From assembly GCA_905178155.1 (NCBI GenBank), contig CAJINV010000003.1:5215700-5279699 (forward strand): DNA of 64,000 nt, read 5' to 3'. A program made the translations under genes and the position numbers. Each line of letters begins with the position of its first letter. Position 1 is the first letter of the stretch. Source of the stretch: Amoebophrya sp. A120. Its lineage: Eukaryota > Protista > Dinoflagellata. The notes beneath the pieces were generated by a model, which had not been told where the DNA came from, made no database searches, and was given only the letters and a program-made list of their open reading frames with translations. Positions 27,371 to 40,329 of the stretch are shown here, in pieces.

Positions 27371-28777
27371 GTCCGACGAGGAACACCAGCGAAACCGCAA
27401 CTTTTGCCGTGCAAGCGCCTTCGTTGGCCTACTTGCGCCTGCCGATATCGTTGTTCTACGGTGTAAGATATGTTCCTTCTACTTCCTTGCAGCCGAATTT
27501 GTCCATGGTCTCGCTGGTGTCGAGCAGGCCGAAAGTGCTTAGGAAGACATGCGTCGGGTGCTTGCGCTACGTTTGCATTTCTCGGCGGTGGTCGGGATGG
27601 GGGGTGACGCCGAGCCGCTGTTGCTGGGTGGGCGCCGCGGTTGTAGGCGGTGTGATGCAGACGCGAGAGACGCGTATCGGCGGGGGCCTCGGGAGAGGAA
27701 TTCGCACTGTGATGTCCTCAGTACCTGCGAAAGGCATTTCCTTGCTTCAAAAATAAGGTGATGTGCTGGAGCTGCACACTGCCGCTGCATGCCAAGATGA
27801 TTTGAATTTACTAGCTTGGGAGGTCGGTGTGATGACAAATCTAGCGACACTAGAAGACGAAACCAAACTTAACATGAGTGTTTTCGTTTCCTCTCCGCAT
27901 TGTTCGTGCTCATGCGAAGCCGTGACCATGGTTACTGGCTCGAGTCGGTCATTTTTGCGTACACTTGTAAAGAAGTACTATACGCGGCTCCGTACCAAAA
28001 CCAAACGGGTAATCGTCCTCACCCAGAGAAATGAATTGATATTTTTTCAAATCGTACCCAAGTTTTTCGTTCGGTTATTGACATGTTTTTTCGGGTAAAC
28101 AGTCTATACGCAACTTACTGTAGCGGAACACAATAAGTGCAAAGACGCAAGCAAAAATGAACGTTCCCGCTATTGCTCTGATCTGCAACAATCGGACCAC
28201 TCTCGTGCATTCTGCAAAAGCGAGTATATTTTTTCGTGCAATCAGGCTAGCGAGCTGGGTTGAGAATCACAGTTCGCTGCGCAAAGTGGCAGGTCCATGC
28301 ACAGCTCCATACTGATGAAACAAAAACTAACAGTACCCTCCCCGTGATCTTCGGAAGAGCGATAATTCTATAGTACGCCGACACTGTAAACTGTATACAC
28401 CGACATCTTCTAGTCCGCTGATTGTCGTGTGAAAATTTGCTTCGTTCAGAACACCTTTCCGCCAGCTAGGTGCGGAGATACGACAACGCTATCGCATTGC
28501 TTTCAGTAGGTGTACAATAGTCAGGGCCAGTAGACTCAGATTCAAAGTGCAAACTGTTCAAGTTTGTGAATTTTGATGTTTTGTGGTTCAATTTTTAGCA
28601 CACGTTGCTCACTAAGTAGCTTCCCTCTGCGGCCTTGGTAAGAATTACATTCCAGCATCCTGTGTCGCTGCATCTACCCAACCGTGCGTGTGAGTGCTGC
28701 ACTTGCAATCGACGGCAATTCTGATTTAACTACAAGCGGAGTTGAGACGCATGTAGTACAGCTGCGAACATAAGATC

Positions 28778-31700
28778 ATGTCCAACGATACCCCTGTATG
28801 GAACGAAAAGGCCGCTTGCAGCTTAACGTGGAGATCGTAGCGCGTGAGGCACAGGCACCGCACTTGCATTTCTAATGACCGCCTTTGTTTCATTTGCCTC
28901 TGTGGCTGCGAAGCTATTTTCTCAACAGAGTGAGACTCAGAAAGAGAAAAGATAAAGATCAAATTAATGCAGTGAAGATCTCTCTCTCTGAAACAAGAAC
29001 GATAGCGAAGCGAAAGCGGTGCAGCTACGATTTCCCGGCAGTGCGAATGCAAGCGGCCCTTTGTGCTCTTCCATAGCAGACAACCGGAGAAGATCCACAA
29101 GACCCGGACCAGCAATCTTCCCACAGCAATAGTACGAGTGTGCAGAGCCTGCGGGACCTCCAACACCAGAAATGGCTGCAGAAGAAAGAAGCGGCCGCGG
29201 CCGAAAAAGCCAAAGCAGCACCCCCGCCCGCGGCGGCGCACCAGCCGCTGACCGGGAATTCGAGTGCCTCCTCTTCCTCCTCCAGCAGCGCGCGACCAGC
29301 GTCAGCACAAGAGGCGGACCACTCGATGCGGAGTCCGATATGACGGATAAGTTTGTAATGCACCCACAGCCCCACAGAGTACAAACTTGATCCACTCCAA
29401 TAGTCCAAAGATCTAGATAGCCTAAGGACATGAAGACGTAGGAAGATCCTTAGTGATGTAAACAGCGTGAAGAACTAGAGGAAGACACTGAGACAAGATG
29501 ACGAACATATACACACCCAGGGCCCTTGAGCTAGGTTAGACATAGACATTCAGCATTGCAGTACTAGTAGTCATGGCGCTGTAGATGCGCATAGTTGTTC
29601 TACCATTGTAGTTTGTAGTGCGTACTCCGTGGGAAGTTTGCGTGCCTATGCAGATTTTCCCTTTACATCCGAAGCTCGGGGCGCGTTCCCCGGTGCGGCC
29701 GTTGCGGGAACTAAGCAATCCGAACGCTGAGTTTCTGAGAAAGGTCCACATCTTGCCCCTGGGGCAAAGCCAGAGCGCGCCGAACGACATGCTGCAGTTT
29801 TTGAAGCCCGCACTGAGCAACTTCCGGAAAACAAAACGCGTCCTCTACACCGGGATGGTGTTTGAGCACAATAGTCGCGACTTCATTGTCGTGAAAACAG
29901 ATCTATCAACTGTAAAAATGTCGGGGTCTGGAAGATTCCGGGATTTGTGATGCATAATTTGTATGATCCATGATGCATGTAATGCATGATCTAGCATCAC
30001 AGATTTTTAGAGGGCTTCCTGATGCCTATTCCGCATGAGAAATGCCCTCTCCGCGTAACACAAACTGGGCTCCTGTTGCGGGTCACGCAATACAGATTTT
30101 TTTGGAATCCAAAGACAGCATGACAAGTTGAAATCTTCCAGGGTTCCAAAGACAGCATGACAAGTTGAAATCTTCCAGACCCAGACATTTTGCAATTCAT
30201 AAGATCCAGAGGGCGGCAAGGACCCAGGGATACTTGGGCCCGACACCGAGTACTACTTTACAGGGCCCGCAGTGGCGCGGTTCAAGCGCATTCAGTTTTC
30301 CGCACTGACCAATGTTCTGAGGCGCGTAAGTGGATCCGACCAGCTCGAAGAAGATGAAGAGCTGAGCGGCTACAGCACGGAGAGGCTATTTCAAGAGATG
30401 ATCGCGCCTTACTTTCAATCGCATTCCGATAACGAGAAAACCGGCGGCGTCTTCAAACTCCTCAACGTCAACGAGAGTATAACGATCAACGGCGTCCAGT
30501 TTGTCGTGATGGCAACCGACCCGGAGGCTTGCTACGGTACTAAGTCCTATACGCTTAGTTGTAAAGTTTGCCGATCGCGGGCGCTTGAGGGGTGTGCGCT
30601 GACAGGAAGCGACATCTCTTTGCGGACGTGAAGGACCGCGAACGCGGGAATCGCGTTGGCAAGGACGAGTAGCACATCAATTGTTCAGGCAGTGTCACAC
30701 GACCTAGGAGTGAGTATACATCGTATTGACCACTGCATCATATCCGTGAACGAAATCCAAATCTGACACACAGGCATCGTCGATAAGGATACACTTATTT
30801 TTGTGGACAAGGATGAAACGCCGGAGTACCGTCGGATACACATCGTGCCTTTCCAAGACACGCTACCCCGGAGCTACCAGTATTGCCTTCTTCTCTTTTT
30901 GGTCACGTGCAGTTCGTTGTTGAAACTATTTGCCTGTAGTTTCGCCCAGTTCTTGATTTGTTTTTGCGGTGTCAAAACCCAGCAAAAAAAAGTAAGTAAG
31001 TAAAAAACTCGGCGCAGGTACGACGTCTTCAACGACTATTTGAAGCCGTACTGCAAAGCGCACGCGAACCAGCGGTATCGGGTAAATGACGTTTTCACCT
31101 ACAATGCGGTGCAATTTAAGGTGGTCTGCTGCGACCCGGAGGAGCTTGGTATCATGTCTTCGCGTAGATGATTCAGATTCTTCAGAATTTCTTGTTGTCG
31201 CTAATTTTGTTGAACAAGGCACTGCTATCGACATTGGTGAGATCGCAGAAAGACACTTCCGGCAAAAATGCTCTATTTTCCAACACTGCACAGGCGGCAC
31301 AAACACTACTCCGGGCAGCGGGGCGCGCATCGGGCGAAATACCACTGTGTATTGCGAAGGAGTGCTGCACCCACAGCTTCGTGATCTGCTTCCGCCAGAA
31401 CTCGTTACGCAACTCGCCTATCTACCGCCCGGTCTACAGATGCTGCTGCTCTCGACGGACGCAGTCGGTGGGAATCAGGAGCTCTTCGAGAGGCTGATGG
31501 AAGTCCAGGATATGTTGCAACAAAGACGAGGTATGATAGATGATGAAGAAGCGGAGATGCATTTTCTTTATTTCATGTCGTTGCTTTGGGGCGCGAAGTT
31601 TTCGATCCACCTTTCTAAGTGAGCATAGATACCAGTACAAGGTGGAAATTTAGATCATGTGTACCACAACAAAGCAGGATCCTTTATGGCATTTTTCAAT

Positions 31701-32119
31701 TTTTTTGTTCCAGGTATGTCCGAGGAAACGATAGCAAACGTGGAGAAAGTAACAATCGACAAGAAAAAGATTGAGGAGGAAGAGGGCCAGCTGACCTGTA
31801 TGGTGTGTCTGTGCGATTTTGATGACGGCGAAGAAGCGAGGATGCTGCCGTGCAAGCACACTTTCCATGCAGGTATGATCTCCTACACTTGAAGATAAAG
31901 ATTAAGATTCGTTTGTTTTAATTCCTACGCGAGGTCTATTACCGTTGGCGATGTCTTTGTGCTTTTGCAGATAAGCCGATGAATAATGTCGGACCCTGCC
32001 ACCAGATGAACTCAGCGCCAAAAATTTTGATTTCAGATTGCATCGACGAGTGGTTGAGGCGAAGCTGCGAGTGCCCGATATGCAAGCATAACGTCGACCG
32101 GACCATCCGCCAATACTAG
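28778..32119 (+). CDS. RING-H2 E3 ligase with three tandem CDC48/p97 Nc-like (CDC48_2) domains
   Basis: Repeats KVHILP..FLKP..FIVVKTDP..LGPDT, RIQFSA..IAPYF..FVVMATDP..IVDKDT and RIHIVP..YLKPY..FKVVCCDP..IGRNTTVYCEG. C-terminal CMVC..LPCKHTFHADCIDEWL..CPIC; stop 32117-32119. Confidence 0.85.
28797..29075 (+). mobile_element. Introner-derived TIR element inside a GT-AG intron (28796-29076)
   Basis: tatggaacgaaaaggccgcttgca / tgcaagcggccctttgtgctcttccata. No 5-bp TSD. G+TAT..ATA+G splicing gives MSNDTP|QTTGEDP in frame. Confidence 0.7.
29904..30201 (+). mobile_element. Introner, family B-related (298 bp), TSD AGATC
   Basis: TIR tatcaactgtaaaaatgtcggggtctggaag / cttccagacccagacattttgcaattcata. 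Internal 34-bp duplication (30108-30141, 30145-30178). Removal gives ..KTDPEGGKDP.. Confidence 0.93.
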
Positions 32120-32917
32120 CGCTGCAAAAATACAGTGCGAAGAAGAATGCCGTGGCCGCGGGGTTTCTCATAGTCAGCGACTTTCTTGTAAGTGATTTTC
32201 CTGAAGAGTGCTTGCGGAGTGCGCGTTTCAACGGTTAGTTGTACGCACGACTCTTCAACAAGAGGGACAGCATTTTGGAGAAACACACACTTCATGTTAG
32301 TTTCGAAAACCGCTACTAGTGGTCTTTTTTGCCTACCGTGTGGGGAGACCTAGGAAGAAGGTATCTGATATTCGAAAACATTAACATTTAGAATACAACA
32401 CTTCGGAGCTGCTTTAGATGCGTAGCAAGAGGACAAGGCACGACTGCGACCTTTGGTGTCGCTGCCGCCACTACTGCGCTTGCGACATATTTTACTCAGC
32501 AACCAATTTTTTTTGAAGTGTGAGGTTGGCTCACAATGAGCAGACGCGACATGAAAGACACGAGAAGCGGGGACGTGTAAAAAGCGACATTCACATTGTA
32601 TAGTTGGACAAACAGCGTGTCAACCGTGAGCTCAGTCCTCGACAGCCCTCCAATAACCTGTGTTCAAGGTCGTGGGTACGGAAGAGTTTCTTTGTGTAAT
32701 ACCGTTTTAGGACTGAGACCAATGATATCAAGAAAATATCCCTATCCGAAATGTTCTGTTCGTGCACTTCGAGGTATTGAAGCCAAAGGGTCAAGAAATG
32801 CGACAGCTCATATATTTCAAGTGACAAGAAGAACAACAAAAGATGCGGTCTTTTTTGCCCAAACCCGTTGGGGGCTGTTTAGCCCTGCAAGTCCGGGCTG
32901 AAGACCTCAATGCCGCG

Positions 32918-34163
32918 ATGACGGACCCTGCGGAAGGCGAATTCGACATCAAGGGCGGGGGGGGGGAGCGAGCACCGAAAAACTCGGCGAGAAAGCACGG
33001 GTGCCGCAGTCGTTCGTGGAGACGGGGAAGAATAAGGTAGATACTGCGGAGTTAGCGTGAGTTTGTTCATCTTTGCCAAATATTCGACTGAATGCCAAGC
33101 AGAAGAGCATGCGGACATGATGAATGAATCACTTCCGAACCGCCTTTGTGTGATGCATAGATAAATGTGCGACGCAGCAAGCTTACAATCCGTGAAAAGT
33201 TCTTTGATCTACCAAAAACGCGGCTCGCAGGCATCAGCGGAATTGTACAGCGCCGCGAACTCGACTGTTGTCAACTTTTTTGCCAAAGTCATCAAGGACG
33301 AAACGGGGATGACCAGCTTGTCGGACCTCTTTTGCATGAAGTGTGCGATCGAAATGGAGGCGCTTAAGCGCGCCGGGGCGGACGGAAATGGCGATGACAG
33401 GGTGGACTACGACGAAAAACGTGCGTTCTGCTCGCGCTCATCAGCGTCCGGAAGCGACGGCTCGTTTCTCCAGGTACAGTTTTCGCTAGTGCTAGCAAAA
33501 GGAAAAGTCACCAGATTTGTCTTGCAGTGGCGCACTACAGGCATATGCCAAGCCTGATTCGCGAGGTTTTGACGTAGGCGCATGGAGTGACAGATGTCTG
33601 CGCTGCAAGCCCAACAGCACCACAAACCGCCTGTATAATGTGGCGGACCCTGCTCTTTCTAGATTTTCTCTCTTGCGAGACAGACAGGATTTCTGGCCAC
33701 AAATCTGCGACGCAAATTTTCAGAGCATGGGCGCGTTTTCAATATGGGGAGGGGAGATTTTTCCTCACAATAGATGCAATTTATTTTTGTGGGCCATCGA
33801 TTCGAGTATACTTACAATATTGATATACGAATTTAGCAGCCTACGTTCTTGCAGCCAGTGTAAAAAACCAAGAGAAGATCCGAAAACGGAATGAAATGAC
33901 GACATTCTGGGCAAAGTCTCCATGCCAAAAAAAAAACAACAACATGGGGCTGGTCAGTCCCCAATCCAACCACGCCCGGCCCAGCAACCTTCATCTTCTT
34001 GGATGCCCTCTTTATTTGGTTGCTGTGGCAGACAGCAGCCCAATACAACGAGTACTCCAACTCCGGCAATGAAGCTGAAGAACCTGAAGTGGTGATTACT
34101 CGTGGGAGCAGTATGGAGGACATGCGCCAGCAATTGAGCTTACCTTTTATTTTTCCAACTTGA
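32918..34163 (+). pseudogene. Possible degraded or misassembled gene with Cys pairs and a hydrophobic C-terminal segment
   Basis: Coding-like pieces (32918-33037, 33165-33473, 33840-34163) that I cannot join without stops or frameshifts; G and A homopolymers lie near the breaks. Confidence 0.3.
33493..33772 (-). mobile_element. Degenerate inverted family A copy inside a GT-AG intron
   Basis: 33688-33772 matches the reverse complement of the family A left end. Left end decayed (tagcaaaaggaaaagtc). Flanks agtgc/gatgc. Confidence 0.7.
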
Positions 34164-35455
34164 TGCACGTCCTATTCCTGAGCGTAACTTCGAGGTTTAG
34201 GATTTGCGTCAACTCTAAAAGGTTAAAACTAATCTCCAAGCTGGCGCCTGTCCCTCCATGACCAATGGCGGTGTCGAGGAAGTGTACGACAACGGCGATT
34301 TTAACATCTGCGAGCCCTCTCCGGCCTGCTGCTACCGAGCGGGGCGCGGTTGCATCCTCACTTGCGGAGGTCATTGACGTTTTGAAGTCTGATGATTTAT
34401 CTTGAGGTAGCCCATGGCGGAGAGGGCCGGCCACTGTCTTCGAGATCCGCCTATTTTTGTCTTGTGGCGCTTGTCGCTTTTGGTTTTGATGCGCGCGCCG
34501 CGCCGCCTAGCTTTCTTGCCATTCGTTCTTGCCTCTTAGTAGTGTCCATTTACTTTTATATTCTTTTTGACCTTTACGACTTCAGAGTTTATGCGATTAA
34601 GTTTGTATACTTCGTTCCACTAAGTACATTTTTTCAATGCACAACGAAAGACGAACAATGACAGCTACACATACGTAACGAAGCAACAGCATCTCTGTTA
34701 GCGGAAGAACGAAAGGCAACGGTAAAGCAGGCGCGTGTGGATCTTCATTGAAAGGAACAACTTGCAGCGACAGCGAATGTCGGCGGAAACCCAGACAAGA
34801 TAAAGCCCCGTAGCGCACAGACGTACTCCTGAGGATGATGCCGTGCCCCTCTGTTAGCAGGAGCGTGTTCGACATGCAGTCTGGACTTGATCCAGAACTT
34901 CCGCTTTTTGTGCCACTATTTCAGCAAAGATTGAGATATTCTTACCGAAGTCTTCTCGCAATAAGGTCCCCCACTTGACGTTGACTGTCCGACGGTCGAG
35001 TTAATATGGACTCGAGCTAATTTTCCTGAAAGAGGCGACTGTGCTCCTAAAGTTCCGACGCGCCAGACGTGTAGGCTAAGACTTTCAGTCGTGTGGTTGT
35101 CGGGTTTTACTAGCGATCGTATGCGTTTTCGAGCTCTGGTTCATGAAAAAGTCGGCTGTATTAAGCCTTGGAGTTCCGACACACCGAGTCCTTTCTTTGC
35201 TTCGTTGCTTCGACGCCTCCAATCCGTTCTAAAAATACGCCGCGCTAGATCAGTTGACTCCCTTGGTTGTTGCGCAGTTCCTGTGGTTCGTGTGTTGGAG
35301 TTTGGAATGGTGGAAAGAATTATTGTTGACTCGGATTTTCGGTAATTATTTCGGAGCTGCGCTGTTTCGCTTTCGACGACATTTTTTTCAACGAAGCCGT
35401 TGTTTGTAGGCCCGAGCCTACCACGCAGAGGAATAGGCGGCCGTCGTAGTAAAGG

Positions 35456-38400
35456 ATGAGAGGTTTGCTGTTAGCGTCGGCGTTGGCCGGTCAGGCCAGC
35501 GCCGAACGCAGTTTGCTGGCGCAGAAAGAACGACCAGTAGCGAAGATTCTGAAGTTATTGCGCGACATGGCGAAACAGATGGAAGCAGAGAAGGTGGACG
35601 ACGATGCCGTCCACGAGCACTACCAGTGTTGGTGCAAGCAGCAAAAAACAGTTACGGAGAGAAGAAATGGGGGGAAAAGCTAACTATTTTGGCCCTATGT
35701 AGTAAACCGAATGGGTACAACAACTGGGAGCTGTTCGCGAGAGGCAAGACGACTCCTTCTAGTTTGTCATGATGTTTTTGGAGGATTTGTGTGCAGCAAA
35801 GAGGCAGAAAGCTAATCTGTTAGTCGCACGCCAAAGCGAACTGCCTCTCGACTTGCGCCTTCGGTACAGGTTTCGACTCATGCTCTGAACAAACTAAGCA
35901 GACGTCGCCGGTTTTGCTCGAAAAGCAGCGTGATCGCTTTTCCCCTGCATTTACCCATCTTCATAGCCCAGAAAGAAAACGTTGTAAAAACCGAGACATC
36001 GAACATGGAAGCAGCTAAGGCAACGGCGGAAGCGTCGTTTCAAGAGGAGAAGGAGAAGCGGGCGGTTAGAAATAAAGCGTATGATGACATGAATTCGAAA
36101 AAGAAGTCGCTGCAGGAGGTAAATACTACTTACTAGGCGTTCTCCTGTGTCTTCAACTAGCGACGCAAACCAAGGCTCGATCGTTTTGTCGGTCGCAGTT
36201 GGATTTTGTTGCCCCGCAACGCAAGTGCGGCCAACTTTTTCGTTCTTCCTGAATTTGTTCATCATGTATTTCTAAATTGTGAATCGCTTTTCGATAGTTC
36301 TAAATTCTGATTCGAGCTTCACAAAATTCACCCAGACACGGGAGCGCTGCATGAAGGAGGCGAAAGAGGCCTCAAAAGAAGCCCAGGAGTACGTCAAAAC
36401 GATCACTGCGCTGAAGTCCGCCCTCACCATTCTCGGCGGCCACAACAAGGACCTGATGCAGCTCTCCGGGGCTCAGGCGTCGCAGGTTAAGAAGGTCGTG
36501 AGTGATTTGCTGGACGGATCCGACATGATTGACCGTTTGACCAGCACCAAGCCAGAAGACCTCATGGCGCTGCAGAACTTGCTTTCTGCAGAGCGATCGC
36601 CGAGCTCCTTCTTGCAGCAGCCGATGTACTCAAGTTACTCTGTATGCCGAGGAATTTGTTTGCCCTAAGAGCTTTTCGGCAAGCGGAGAATTGCTTGTTT
36701 TCCACATGCATGTGAGAGTGTATAATCTTCGCTGAAAAATTACAAAACAAAAGCATTTTCTGTAAAAATAATTCCTGCCCCCGGCCGCTCACCGTGAAAC
36801 GGGATCGGGTTTCTTTAGGTCCCAACATTACTTAGAGCTCCTTCGTATTGAGAAATACACGAATTCTCCGATTGCGTTTGCGAAGACGTTGCTTGTGGCA
36901 AATTTAGATTCCATAAAATAGCCAAAGCGGTCGCATTTTCGGCATTTTGTCGCAGATGCTGGATGAGTTTGAGCGGGACTCCTCGGCAGCCGCAAAGGCG
37001 GAAGAGGAGCGACAGGCCACCTGCGCCACCGTGATCAAGTCCACCCAAAAAGAGATCAGCGCCCTGCAGACCACGGTGACCGACTTGGACGCCCGCCTGA
37101 GCGAGCTGGAGCAAACCAATGCGGATGCCAAGGCCGACTATGCCGCCGCCGAGGAAAAGGTGGACGACGCGAAGGAGTTTTTGGACAAGCTTGCCGCGCA
37201 GTGCAGCCAAAACGAGTCCGACTACCAGTCGCGCACCAAGAGTCGCGGTGAGGAGCTGGTGGCCATCGACGAGACGATCAAAATCCTGGACAGCGACGAG
37301 GCTTTTGAGGCTTTCGGGAAGAGCCTGAGCTTCTTGCAGGTCAAGAAGGATGTGTCTTCCGACCAGGAAATGAAGGACGCCGCGGTCTTTGCCCTGCGAC
37401 CCTTTGCGCAGCGGTCTCCGGACGCGTTTTTGATTCAAACCATGATCAAGGCAGCGGACAAGGGCTCCATGGGCAAGGTCATCGAAGCAATCAAGAAGCT
37501 CATCACGAAGATAAAGGCGGAACTGAAAGAAGAAGTGGCTTTTCGGGATTCGTGTGTTTCCGACCTCGACGACATTGACGCAGACATGCGGGTACTGAGT
37601 TCTTAAGATATTACGACTTTCACCTTTCGTCCCTTTGTGTGCAACACTTCTTTCCGAAAAAGAGCGAAGCAGAATTTTTTTCATCTACACGTTCTTTGCG
37701 CGAGAATGGTGCGTACTACCCGTGATATTTATGAGATTGGGCTGACGATCTAAAAATCGCACGTGAATCTGAGGTAAAGACCGCGTCGCGACAGAAGAAG
37801 GAAACTGAAGCCGGTGAGCTGGAGCAGAGCATCGAGGCTTTGACCGCGGCCCTCGAGGCGTTGGCGGCTTCCACGGCAGAGATGCAGAAGGACCTGCAGG
37901 ATGCGGGTAAGCAGCGGGAGGAGGAAAACAAGGCGTTTGTCCAGGAAAAAAGCGAACACGACGCGACGCAGGCGATTTTGATGAAGGCCATCAAGCGGAT
38001 GCACCAGGTGTACGGAACCACGCAAACGTACGAACAGGAGGCCCTGGTGAAGGAAGAACTGGTGCAGCAACCCGGCGCCGACACCGTGCAGTTCTCTGCG
38101 ACTGCGGACACCCCAGGCTCCGCCCCGGTCGCCTTCGCGAAAGGAGGCAAGACCGAGCAGAACGCGGGCGGAAACAAGGTAAATAAGTAGTAGACACTGA
38201 GATGAAATAAAGCGGGGAGTGCTGGTTCAATATTTTAGAGGAATGTCCGAAATAGAACAGGAGTAGAGACATATCGCGCAGAAACAAACTAACGCGTAGA
38301 GTCGCCCGCATTCAAGTCGTTTTAGATGGTCATGCGAAAGTCTACATCAAAGCCATTGATGAGACGAGCTTCTAAGTAATTCCAATCTGTGAGTTTTTTA

Positions 38401-39321
38401 ATACGACAGGTCATCACCATGTTGGAGGATGTGATGAAAGATTCGGAAAAGGATGAGGCTGCAGCGGAACATATCCTGAGTAAAAACGTACCCACACCAG
38501 AGTTGTAATGCAAATCTGCATGCTGAAAATGTTTCTCATGCGGAGCTCCATGAGAAGCATTTTCTAGTCGTGTTTTGCAATTTGTCATGCTCCAATCAGC
38601 GTGGTATGCTAGATCTGTGATGCTGCTGAGCTAGCTCAAACAGCACTACACTACGAATCCAAATTTGTCATGCAAAACAGCCAAAACTTGTGGATTTGTC
38701 TAGCCGATTCCCCATCTTGACTCTGGTGTGGGTACGTTTTTACTCAGGATAGAACAGGAGGAGGCAGACTCGCAGTCCGCGTACGACGACTTTGTGCGAA
38801 AGACGACGATATCAAATGTAAAAATGTCTGGGTCTGGAAAAAAAGCACGTTTGTCATGCTTGTCTGGCATGACTTTTAAATCTGTCATGCACGTTACCCA
38901 AGAGCTCCGTTTTTCTGTGATGCAGGAGCGCAGTTTGTCATGCAGAATAGGCAAGACCTAGGAGCTCAGAAACTTGTCATGCTGAGCCAGCATTTGTAGC
39001 CTCATCATGAGACGCCGCCCAGCATCACAAGTTTCCAGACCCAGACACTTTTACAATCCATAGACGAACATGCTAAAGACGAACGAAAAGCAAACCGCAC
39101 AGAAGACCGAGCGGAAGGCGGGGGAAGAAGTTGCGCTGCAGGACACCACCGCCGCCATTAAGTCCCTCGGCCAGGCCATGTTCGACCTGACAGAGGAAAA
39201 CAAAGATGTCCACGCCAAGTGTGACTTCGTGCTGCAAAACTTCACGAAACGGCAAGCATCTATGACTTCGGAAATCGAAGCCGCGCAGACCGCCATCCAG
39301 TACCTCCAGGGGATGGCGTAA
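35456..39321 (+). CDS. Secreted long coiled-coil protein of dinoflagellate type
   Basis: Signal-peptide-like start, PVAKILKLLRDM..CWCK, SFLQ motifs, SQSGRIFGILSQM, C-terminal CDFVLQNFTKR..EIEA. Eight exons with several non-canonical junctions. Confidence 0.8.
38472..38751 (+). mobile_element. Introner (280 bp), TSD GAACA
   Basis: Perfect 32-bp TIR tatcctgagtaaaaacgtacccacaccagagt. Removal gives ..AAEQEEADSQ.. Confidence 0.96.
38810..39062 (+). mobile_element. Introner family B (253 bp), TSD GACGA
   Basis: Same TIR and body as the copy at 24414. Removal gives ..RKTTNMLKTN.. Confidence 0.95.
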
Positions 39322-40329
39322 ATACGGGTAGGACTACGCAGAGAATAGAGTTTTGCACGCTTTTTTGGATATTTAGATTCTCCGCAGTATTTTGCGAAAG
39401 GCGAGAGCGTCATGTTTCGGTGAATGCACTCATTTTAGCGCGCTGTCTTTTTTATCATTTTAGCGCATTATTTTGCACGCTCGCATTCCCATACGTAGCG
39501 TTTTTTGTTTCTATGAATAGGCTTTTGTTTCTCATTTTTAATTTTTCTTTAGGCAACGGTTTTAGGCAACTTTTTTATAGGCATATAGGCAAATAGATTG
39601 GAGTGAATTTCTTTAGGCAACGAAGTTTCGAACACGAAAGTGTGGGGGTGCGAGTGTTTGAGGATGTTACGCACGAGTGCTTGCAAGAACTAGAACTGCT
39701 CACGCGAAAACGAGAAACTAAATACTTTCAAAAGGCTTTTCAAAAGAGCGAGCACAATGATATTCGTCGTCCTAGTTGCTCAACCGGAGAACTACACTGC
39801 TGTCACTATCGCAGATCGAAGGCGTAGAAGCTCGGTTTTTTCCTATGCAAACCATTGTCCAAGACCAAGTTTCAGTCAGCGATAGTCTGATCGGTCGTGT
39901 ATCGGCAGGTGTGTCGGTTTTCGTGCGTTCACTGCAGTAATCGTAATAAGTACTTTCGGTTGTCGTGCGATTTCAATACGTATGTGTCGTGACGTAAAAA
40001 TGTTCGTTCACGTGTACCAACGTCGAGTCATCGTGTGTATGTGTAAGGACTCCCTCAGTAGAGCAAATTCACGTTCATTATCGTTCTTTCCGTCTTTGTC
40101 TCTTTTTGCTCACAGGTTTTCTCGTTTTTCCCGGTTGGCTTTGTGGTACCCCCACACGACCCGCCTGGTTAAGTAGCCTATTATTTCCGCCTCTCTTGGT
40201 CTTCTTGTTTTTCACGTTTACAACTACTGCTTAGTGCTCTGGCTTCATATCCAGAGCTATGAATTTTCCTATGACGGCTCCGACTCGTCGTGCGTACCTT
40301 TTTCTTTTTGAGCAGGCAGCTTTCGTCTA

